Part shown: positions 8,347 to 15,336 of the stretch, piece after piece
Numbering within the stretch: position 1 is the first letter of the stretch
Layout: each line of letters opens with the position of its first letter
IMG/VR virus record: IMGVR_UViG_3300033068_000287
Coordinates: 1 to 21,497 of that record
Source of the DNA: a virus
Lineage: Duplodnaviria; Heunggongvirae; Uroviricota; Caudoviricetes
Strand: one strand, 5' to 3'
DNA: 21,497 nt
Program-made: the position numbers and the translations under genes
Notes under the pieces: generated by a model
Database searches by the model: none
The model's input: the letters and a program-made list of their open reading frames with translations, nothing else
Told to the model about the DNA's origin: nothing

Positions 8347-8668
8347 TGACTTCTACCTCTAGTAGGACTCCATTGGAATCGTAATGAAATGTTTTTATAA
8401 TAGTATCTGTAATTATTCGTAAAAGTGTAGAATTGGAATCATATTCAAAAGTATGTAGTACAGTTCCTTTTAGAATAGTATCCACTGTTCCGTCTGGATT
8501 ATAAGAAAATACTTTAGATACTTCCTCGGAACCTTCTCCGGCCGGTCCTTGTGGTCCGGGAGCGCCATCATTACCTTTTGGACCTCTAGGCCCAGCAATA
8601 CCTTGAGAAATAATCTTTGTAGGTAGATTATCATCTTCAGGAAGAATAACTGTGATTCTATTGCTCAT
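8333..8668 (-). CDS. mini-collagen adaptor with three YD-like hairpin repeats, 111 aa
   Basis: (Gly-X-Y)8 tract GIAGPRGPKGNDGAPGPQGPAGEG, followed by KVFSYNPDGTVDTI, HTFEYDSNSTLLRI and KTFHYDSNGVLLEV. Confidence 0.75.
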   Translation of the reverse strand: MSNRITVILPEDDNLPTKIISQGIAGPRGPKGNDGAPGPQGPAGEGSEEVSKVFSYNPDGTVDTILKGTVLHTFEYDSNSTLLRIITDTIIKTFHYDSNGVLLEVEVSDNI

Positions 8669-8674
8669 AGAATA

Positions 8675-8682
8675 TATTTATG
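8675..8682 (-). promoter_or_regulatory. late promoter CATAAATA (NATAAATA type)
   Basis: In the 19-nt intergenic gap, 6 nt upstream of the ATG at 8668. Matches the relaxed NATAAATA consensus of T4-like cyanophages. Confidence 0.6.
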
Positions 8683-8687
8683 TAAGT

Positions 8688-10190
8688 TTAGAGTAGAACA
8701 CCACGAAGGTTATCACAGATTAATAGACCACTAGATGCTAGTTCTAATTTAATAGTACATTTAGATTTGTCTATTGTTGATCCTAATGTTAATTCATTAT
8801 CTGTGTATGATGTAAGGCTTGATGAAACTGTAGTTGTCCCGTCTGTAACTGACCATGTTGCATTAGCCACATTGTCAGTAGCTAGTGCAATCTTAGCAAA
8901 TGCTGTTAGATCAATAACACTAGACGTCCATGCAGCACCGGAAGAAGATGAAAATGATCCTCTATATACCCCTCTAGGAACATATCCAGAAGTGTCATCT
9001 TGGGTATTAGCGGAAGTACCAATACCTGTAGCACCACTAATAGTCCATGTTAGTTCGCCGCCGGTAGGAACTTTAGAAGTAAATGCTTCAAAATCTTCTA
9101 ATAAAATAGCAGTTATGTAGCCTTTTAGATTATCAATATATCCTGAATGAAATGATCCTGAAGGATTATATAGTCCTATGCTTAAATATGCATAAGATAA
9201 GTTATGACCATCACTTAGTGTTGGTGTTATAGTTAGTGTTTGTGGTGTTGTGGTGTTTGGTGTACTTGTTACTGATTGATATCCACCAGGCGTAAATAAA
9301 ATAAATTCAAAATATGCGCCGGGTTTGGCGGTGGCCTGCTCTATATCAATAGAAAAACTTGAAAATCTACTAAGATCAATATTAGCAATACCAATAGTAA
9401 ATGTTTTTGTTGCGGCAGAGCCTATTTCTCCGGCATATAATCCTTGTGTAGGGATTCCGCCTATGCCTGTTTTTGCGTAATACCCGTCGGCAGGATTGCT
9501 TACATTCCATGGCATATCAGCAGGAACAGTATTTCCGCTTGATAGTGCTGTGTTTTCAAAACTTTCTAATAATTCTTCTTTCCATACAAAACGGACACCA
9601 CCAGAAGCACCAGCACCACCGGCTCTAGCGTTACCAGCACCGCCACCACCACCACCAGGAACAGTACCATCAGTTCCCGCTGTTAAGTTTGCTCCACCTT
9701 TACCGCCTTTACCACCATTAGCTGCGCTACCACCATCACCACCAATATTTCCAGAAGGGGCCGCTCCATCACCACCGTTAGTATTAACGTCCCCACCAGA
9801 AGATGTACCACCAACACTTCCGTCTGTCCAAGGAACTATACTATCAGCAGTTCCCCCATTAGCAACAATAGATAAAACTGTTGTAGGATTACCATCGATA
9901 CCAGGTTGAGTTACAGGACTAGGAACACCGGCACCAACAGTAAAACTTATATTTGTTCCTGGTGTAGTAGGGTGCGCATTAAGTCTAGAGTAGCCACCAC
10001 CAGAACCACCAGAACGTCCACCAGAACCTGAAGTAGCACCTGTAGAACCAGAACCCCAAGCCTCAACTTGAACAGAATACACTCTATCAGGAACAATAAA
10101 TGATCCAGATGTTGTATATAAGAATCCGTTTTTTACTGGAAGCGCAGGAACACCACTGGTGAATAATACTGAAGGAAACCTATAATACAT
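8688..10190 (-). CDS. glycine-rich adhesin-like protein with two C-terminal beta-sandwich (CBM-like) repeats, 500 aa
   Basis: YTTSGSFIVPDRVYSVQVEAWGSG...GGGY...GGGGGGAG...GGAGASGGVRFVW glycine-rich domain, then two repeats that start LLE[SD]FE and end DNL[KR]G. Confidence 0.7.
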   Translation of the reverse strand: MYYRFPSVLFTSGVPALPVKNGFLYTTSGSFIVPDRVYSVQVEAWGSGSTGATSGSGGRSGGSGGGYSRLNAHPTTPGTNISFTVGAGVPSPVTQPGIDGNPTTVLSIVANGGTADSIVPWTDGSVGGTSSGGDVNTNGGDGAAPSGNIGGDGGSAANGGKGGKGGANLTAGTDGTVPGGGGGGAGNARAGGAGASGGVRFVWKEELLESFENTALSSGNTVPADMPWNVSNPADGYYAKTGIGGIPTQGLYAGEIGSAATKTFTIGIANIDLSRFSSFSIDIEQATAKPGAYFEFILFTPGGYQSVTSTPNTTTPQTLTITPTLSDGHNLSYAYLSIGLYNPSGSFHSGYIDNLKGYITAILLEDFEAFTSKVPTGGELTWTISGATGIGTSANTQDDTSGYVPRGVYRGSFSSSSGAAWTSSVIDLTAFAKIALATDNVANATWSVTDGTTTVSSSLTSYTDNELTLGSTIDKSKCTIKLELASSGLLICDNLRGVLL

Positions 10191-10193
10191 ACG

Positions 10194-11375
10194 TTAGGCC
10201 TCTTGTGCTACGCCTACAACGTCCCATTTAGTATCTGTGGAGTTATAGATGCAAGAAATATATAAAGTTTTACTGATTGTTGTAGTTGTTTTAAGAGTAG
10301 TTCCCATGGCTCTAAAGTTAGCACCATATGTAATTGCTCTTGCTGTACCATTATCTTTGATACGAATAACTAACGCTTGTCCTTGTACAGGTGTTCCTGT
10401 TGGGTTAGCAATTGTAAGTGCTGCCGCCTGTGCAGTTAATGTATACAAATCTGTTGTATCAGAATTGATTGTTAATGTTGCTGTAGATGTTGCTGTAGCA
10501 ACTCTAGGGTTTACTCTTTTGTTTGTAAGAGTTTCTGTTCCTGTTGGAGTAACAAAATCTGTTCCTGCTGTAGCTGCTGTAAATGCAGAAGTTCCGTTGC
10601 CCTTTAGGACACCAGTTAATGTTGTCGCGCCTGTACCGCCTTGCGCTACTGTAACAGCAGCGTTTGATGTTAATACTGTAGCGTTAGCATTTGGAAATGT
10701 AAATGTTCTTGTTGATGTTGCTGGTCCTGATACTGTAAAGAATCCGTTATTTGTTCCGCCGTTAGCAGAAGGTAAAATACCAGATACAGCATTTGCTGAA
10801 GTTAATAGAATTGCTCCGAATCCTATAGCAGTACCAGAACGTCTCATTACGTTACCGTCTGCGCCAGCAATAATATCAGCAGGATCACCAGAGGAGTTAG
10901 CAGAACGACCAATAACAGACAATCCAGCAGAATCTCTTAGCTTTGCATCAGATACAACGTTATTAGCAATTGTTGTGGCATTTGATCCAGCAGAAGCTGT
11001 AACGTCACCAGTCAATTCGGAACGTTGAATGCCTGTAGAGCCAGAGAATTCTATACCACCAGAAACTGTAATTTGTTCTACTACGCCAGAACCACCAGAA
11101 TCGCGCCCTAATAATCTATCTGTAGTAATATCTTGAATTTTTGCTAGAGTAACAGCACTGTTTACGATTTTGTTTGTAGAAATAGAACCATCAGCAACTG
11201 AAGCCGCGATGGTAATTGTTGCGGTATTGCCAGCAGAAGTTACTGAAACCGTTGCGCCTGTACCAGAAATAAAATCTAAAGAATGGAAAGAACCAGCAGA
11301 TACAGTATCATCAAGTATTTCTACTTTAGATTGACCTGTACCAATCATATTTGCTGAAATTTTATCTAATGCCAT
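10194..11375 (-). CDS. tail/virion fibre protein, 393 aa
   Basis: MALDKISANMIG start. Shaft repeats SISTNKI/AVTLAKIQD..RLLGR, LTGDVTA and VTVAQGGTGA. C-terminal domain TLTINSD...ANPTGTPVQGQALVIRIKDNGTARAITY...IYNSTDTKWDVVGV. Confidence 0.8.
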   Translation of the reverse strand: MALDKISANMIGTGQSKVEILDDTVSAGSFHSLDFISGTGATVSVTSAGNTATITIAASVADGSISTNKIVNSAVTLAKIQDITTDRLLGRDSGGSGVVEQITVSGGIEFSGSTGIQRSELTGDVTASAGSNATTIANNVVSDAKLRDSAGLSVIGRSANSSGDPADIIAGADGNVMRRSGTAIGFGAILLTSANAVSGILPSANGGTNNGFFTVSGPATSTRTFTFPNANATVLTSNAAVTVAQGGTGATTLTGVLKGNGTSAFTAATAGTDFVTPTGTETLTNKRVNPRVATATSTATLTINSDTTDLYTLTAQAAALTIANPTGTPVQGQALVIRIKDNGTARAITYGANFRAMGTTLKTTTTISKTLYISCIYNSTDTKWDVVGVAQEA

Positions 11376-11390
11376 TATATTCCTCTAAGG

Positions 11391-11398
11391 TATTTATG
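11391..11398 (-). promoter_or_regulatory. late promoter CATAAATA followed by RBS CCTTAGAGGA (11381-11390)
   Basis: Overlaps the stop codon of the LamG gene and lies 15 nt upstream of the ATG at 11375. Confidence 0.6.
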
Positions 11399-12116
11399 CT
11401 GCTGCATAATGTTCAGCAACTTGCGTTCCTGTTAGTGCGTAGTTATAGATAGCAACTTCATCAAGAGAGCCGGAACAGAATCTAGTAGATGCTGTTTCAC
11501 TCATGAAATATGTAGGGGAAGAACCACCGGAACCTCCTGCAACTTTTCCTGTTAATGTGTTATTTAATACACCATCAACATACGCATTAGCAACGCCAGA
11601 AGAACTATCAAATGTAACAACGTAATGATGCCACGCATTATCATCTAATCTAACAGTTGTAGGAATATCTACAGAAGTTCCTGTAATTGTGGTAATATTT
11701 CTGAACACCATAATACCGTCTTGGTTATGTGGTGCAGTATTACCAGACCACAATGTACACCAATAGTTTCTGTTAGCACCAGCACCTTTAGACAATACAG
11801 TTTTAAAAGTATTCGTAGCTGAAGGAGTTTTAATCCAAAATTCGATTGATAATGATGATAAATCATATGCGGAAGTATATGGTACAGTTCCGTATTGGTT
11901 TGTCCCGTTGAATACTACACACTTATCAACTATGCCTGTGGAATTTAATGTCGGAGAACCAACAAATGTTCCGTTTCTTGCCGCAATAATATCTGTTAAT
12001 GTTGTTCCAGAGGTTTCTTCTAGACGATAGTATCCTACAGGAGAATGTGATAAAATCAATTCTTCATAAGTTATTCTATTTCTTGTTGATGCAAATCCTA
12101 ATGGTATAGCAAACAT
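11394..12116 (-). CDS. LamG/concanavalin A-like lectin domain protein (Laminin_G_3-like), 240 aa
   Basis: PVGYYRLEETSG, VFNGTNQY, SIEFWIK, WHHYVVTFD...AYVDGV and GSLDEVAIYNYALT..QVAEHY are canonical LamG-like jellyroll motifs. Confidence 0.9.
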   Translation of the reverse strand: MFAIPLGFASTRNRITYEELILSHSPVGYYRLEETSGTTLTDIIAARNGTFVGSPTLNSTGIVDKCVVFNGTNQYGTVPYTSAYDLSSLSIEFWIKTPSATNTFKTVLSKGAGANRNYWCTLWSGNTAPHNQDGIMVFRNITTITGTSVDIPTTVRLDDNAWHHYVVTFDSSSGVANAYVDGVLNNTLTGKVAGGSGGSSPTYFMSETASTRFCSGSLDEVAIYNYALTGTQVAEHYAAA

Positions 12117-12119
12117 ATC

Positions 12120-13754
12120 TTATAGCGGCTCCAAGTTACCTTCTAGGTCCCATTCATTTGTTCCTACTTTAATAAGAACAGCAGACGCATATTGTTTAGA
12201 AATTATCAAAGTTTCTGGCGTGTTAATCGTTACACCACCTGTTGCTGCAATAGTTAAAGGACCAGCAGCAAGATTTTTAATATAAATTTGTGTTCCTACA
12301 GGGAAAGCATGTGAAGAATTTAATGGCACAGTTAATGTATCATCAACTCTTACATATTTACCAGCGTCTGCTAGTACAAGACTGTATGGTCCTGTTTGTG
12401 TATTGATTGCTACTGGTGCTACAATTGCGCCTGTTGCTGTTACTGTTCCGTTTACAACTACGTTACCAGAAGTCCCGCCAGACAATAAGGTATTAACAGC
12501 AGTTGAAAAATCTGAAATTGTAGAAGCTGTTTGTGAACCTGTATGGTTTGCTCTATTTTTTAAATTAGAATCTGTATCATTAGCAGTAGCGCCTGTTGCA
12601 ATACCAGAAAGTTTTGTTTTTTCTGCGCTTGTCATGAACAGATGTAATGTACCTTCGCCAATACTATCAGAATCGCCTGGTATTTGATCTAAGCTAGGCG
12701 TATTGTATAGATTATTATAGTCCCCATCAAACAATGTAGGAGTATCTATTAGATCATTATACGATCCTGTATCTGCGACAGCAGCAAGGTCTGATACCTG
12801 TAGTAAATCCGGCAGGTCAGTTAGATCATTATACGATCCTGTAAAAGTATCAAACCATTCAGGATAACTTACAATTTGCCCGTATGGAATTTCACCAAGA
12901 ACCAATTCTCCAGAACTAACAGCAAAGTGAGGTGATAATACAATTTCTTGAACAATGCCGCTTGTGCCGCCACGACCCAATAATGTATTTGCTGCAACGT
13001 TTTGAATTTTTGCGTATGTAATTGATCCGTCAGATACAGAAACAATAGACAACTGTGTTGAAATTACTGTGATCTCAATCGGTTCATCTAAAGGCGCAGG
13101 AGCAGATAATGTAATAACTGAACCTAATAGCGTGTATGTTTCTTTTCTTTGATAAACCCCACCAATAAAAATGTCAGTATGATCTTTAGTTACAGGAATA
13201 ACAGGATCAAGATCATATGCTACTGTTGATCCATCACCGACATATGAGAATGTTGAAATTTCAGAAAATGTATTATCTTCATTTACCCAGTTTGTTCCGT
13301 CATATACAAGAATTTGGCCAGCAGACAAATTAGAATCTAATACAACGTCTGCGATATCATCAATATTTTCTACAGAACTTGTTGAACTAATAACCAGAAC
13401 GCCGTTAGAATCAGGTTCTACAGTAATATTTGGTCCAGCAGTAACATGAGTTTGAATAGTAGCAACAATATCAGGAACAATGGACATGTTTGTCCACAAT
13501 TCGTTAGGCAAATCGTACATCAAGACTTGTCTATCAGCTAAATCTGAAGTTGCTAATGCTACGTCTGCAATATCATCTAGATAATCAACACCGCCACCAA
13601 TTTCACCAATTTCAATGATGGATTCAACACCATCATTTTTTTTCATGAAAATCTTACCGTCACGGGTATTAACAGCCAATTCACCAAGACTTAATTGTCC
13701 TGTTGTTGGTGTGTGTGCAGCAGAGTTAGAATTTTTTAGGATAATTGTAGCCAT
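12120..13754 (-). CDS. mosaic tail/virion fibre protein, 544 aa, with Mtd_N-like N-terminus
   Basis: MATIILKNSN...LGELAVNTRDGKIFMK start. Two DDIADV...Q[VI]L.Y...W.N repeats, a GDGSTVAY...IFIGGVYQ domain, TGSYNDL repeats and a KNRANHTGSQ motif. C-terminal YSLVLADAGKY...AFPVGTQI...QYASAVLIKVGTNEWDLEGNL domain. Confidence 0.85.
   Translation of the reverse strand: MATIILKNSNSAAHTPTTGQLSLGELAVNTRDGKIFMKKNDGVESIIEIGEIGGGVDYLDDIADVALATSDLADRQVLMYDLPNELWTNMSIVPDIVATIQTHVTAGPNITVEPDSNGVLVISSTSSVENIDDIADVVLDSNLSAGQILVYDGTNWVNEDNTFSEISTFSYVGDGSTVAYDLDPVIPVTKDHTDIFIGGVYQRKETYTLLGSVITLSAPAPLDEPIEITVISTQLSIVSVSDGSITYAKIQNVAANTLLGRGGTSGIVQEIVLSPHFAVSSGELVLGEIPYGQIVSYPEWFDTFTGSYNDLTDLPDLLQVSDLAAVADTGSYNDLIDTPTLFDGDYNNLYNTPSLDQIPGDSDSIGEGTLHLFMTSAEKTKLSGIATGATANDTDSNLKNRANHTGSQTASTISDFSTAVNTLLSGGTSGNVVVNGTVTATGAIVAPVAINTQTGPYSLVLADAGKYVRVDDTLTVPLNSSHAFPVGTQIYIKNLAAGPLTIAATGGVTINTPETLIISKQYASAVLIKVGTNEWDLEGNLEPL
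12749..12843. repeat. 23-nt exact direct repeat (12749-12771 and 12821-12843) encoding TGSYNDL
   Basis: ttagatcattatacgatcctgta occurs twice, 72 nt apart and in frame. Confidence 0.9.
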
Positions 13755-13759
13755 TACAA

Positions 13760-13767
13760 TATTTATC
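13760..13767 (-). promoter_or_regulatory. late promoter GATAAATA (NATAAATA type)
   Basis: In the 18-nt intergenic gap, 5 nt upstream of the ATG at 13754. Confidence 0.55.
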
Positions 13768-13772
13768 CAATA

Positions 13773-14378
13773 CTAAACGTTAGGGAATGTAAGAGGAACT
13801 GTTTCTATAGTTGAAAATGATACACAATCAACGCTACCTGAAATGTATGCGGCCTGCGCTTGGTTGCCAACCGCTCCGGTGATTCTGATAACGTCACCAA
13901 CGTTTAAATTAGTAATATCAATGACAGGAAATACTGTTAGTGTGTCCCATGAACCTGTGTCTGCCCATGCATACTGAATATTATTTACATACACATAAAC
14001 ATACATAGAACGGTAAATTGGCGAGCCAGCTTTGGACAAACGACATTTGAATCTAACACCACCAACACGCGGAACAGATACTCTAGCAACTTGAACTTGA
14101 CCAGCACCTACACCATAAGCAGAACCTCCGGACGTAACATCATTAGTTCCGTTATATCCATACTGAACATTTTCGCCAGGAGACATAGCAATAGATGCCC
14201 CATAGAATTGATCTAGAGAAATTGAACCAGCGGTTGAAATTGTGTTTTTAGCATGTAGTGAAACGTAATTATTTGGTGCTCCGCGGTAATATTCGTCAAA
14301 CCCAATAGGATTTGTGCCACCGGTGAATTCAGTTTGAATGTTAGCTAGAGAAATAGGTCCACTATTTTGTAGTGTCAT
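13773..14378 (-). CDS. putative fibre-tip adhesin, 201 aa
   Basis: N-terminus MTLQNSGPISLANIQTEF...IGFDEYYRG is typical of small proteins encoded directly after S74-bearing fibres. Overlaps the upstream fibre gene by 17 nt. C-terminal half is beta-sandwich-like. Confidence 0.65.
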   Translation of the reverse strand: MTLQNSGPISLANIQTEFTGGTNPIGFDEYYRGAPNNYVSLHAKNTISTAGSISLDQFYGASIAMSPGENVQYGYNGTNDVTSGGSAYGVGAGQVQVARVSVPRVGGVRFKCRLSKAGSPIYRSMYVYVYVNNIQYAWADTGSWDTLTVFPVIDITNLNVGDVIRITGAVGNQAQAAYISGSVDCVSFSTIETVPLTFPNV

Positions 14379-15324
14379 TTATTTTTTTATCCAATTCTTT
14401 GATAGCTTCGATAAGTACAGCAACAATATTTCCATATGCTACTGATTTTAATCCATCATCATGGGTCAATACAACTTCAGGTAAAATCTTTTCAACATCT
14501 TGCGCAATAACACCGATCTCATTTGACTGCGTTCTTTTGCGAGTAAAGTGGACACCCTCTAATTTGCGTACTAATTCTAGTGCATTTTCAATAGGTTGAA
14601 TGTTCTCTTTTAGGGTTTTATCTGAATAAGCAGTAACGTTAGCTGAAGCTGTAAAATTACCAGCGGAATCAAATAAAAATCTATTTGTATCAGAAGCCCA
14701 GTTTGCGCCGTGTTGAATAGTAATGTTAGAAACACCAGCAGAAGTCCCTTCCAATAGGAAGAATGCTTGTACTGTTCCGTTATTTGAATATTCTTGCAAT
14801 GTCGCTTTATACAAAGAAATTTGTGCAGAAGCATTTGTTAAAACAGAACCAACTCTTACACGCTTTGTATATCCAGATGGCATTGTCGGTGCAGTTGCAG
14901 ATAATGAAAAAATAGCATCTACTAAAGTATTAGCAGCATTACTAATAATGTAGATATAGTACAATGTATTATTTGCTACTGATCCTGCATCTAGACCACC
15001 AACGTCTGTTCCTGCCACAAATGTAGCATTAATTCTCTTTGTAAATTCTGTACCAATAACAATACGGCTATTATCAGAGAATACAACTTCACCTGTATTT
15101 ACTGTGATATCTCTTGTTGCTGTTGCTCCTAATCGAAAAGGAACAACTTTATAAAATGCTTTTGCTAATCCAGTTGCAGAAAATGCATTTAGGTTTGATG
15201 TGATAGCTGCTTTTGTTTTATCAGCAGTCATAAGTTTATCAGTAGCAACACCAGCAGTAGCTTCATTTAATGTAGCAATAGCGGCATTATCTAACCCGTC
15301 AAACGTTACTCTTGTATCTGTCAT
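14362..15324 (-). CDS. tail fibre protein with C-terminal intramolecular chaperone (peptidase S74), 320 aa
   Basis: C-terminus AY-SDKTLKENIQPIENAL...IGVIAQDVEKILPEVV...VAYGNIVAVLIEAIKEL is an S74 autocleaving chaperone. N-terminal IATLNEATAG.ATDKLMTADKT is a gp12/gp34-type repeat. AAGGAA SD upstream. Confidence 0.9.
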   Translation of the reverse strand: MTDTRVTFDGLDNAAIATLNEATAGVATDKLMTADKTKAAITSNLNAFSATGLAKAFYKVVPFRLGATATRDITVNTGEVVFSDNSRIVIGTEFTKRINATFVAGTDVGGLDAGSVANNTLYYIYIISNAANTLVDAIFSLSATAPTMPSGYTKRVRVGSVLTNASAQISLYKATLQEYSNNGTVQAFFLLEGTSAGVSNITIQHGANWASDTNRFLFDSAGNFTASANVTAYSDKTLKENIQPIENALELVRKLEGVHFTRKRTQSNEIGVIAQDVEKILPEVVLTHDDGLKSVAYGNIVAVLIEAIKELDKKINDTTK

Positions 15325-15336
15325 AATTTATTCCTT

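Noticed and set aside
8333-8530. RHS/YD polymorphic toxin
   Set aside because: Only three short hairpins in a 111-aa protein, with no RHS core, PxxxxDPxG motif, toxin domain or immunity gene.
148-13754. Diversity-generating retroelement suggested by the Mtd_N-like domains
   Set aside because: No reverse transcriptase, avd-like gene or template/variable repeat pair with adenine-specific mismatches is in the window. The repeats found are exact or differ at synonymous sites. Mtd_N is only an anchoring domain. A DGR elsewhere in the genome cannot be excluded.
14376-14391. Frameshift or slippage fusion of the S74 fibre to the 201-aa gene at the A7 run
   Set aside because: The downstream gene is in the +1 frame, so a -1 shift would not join them. 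The run is short for transcriptional slippage, and a fusion behind a cleaved chaperone would detach the tip. A simple overlap with translational coupling explains it.
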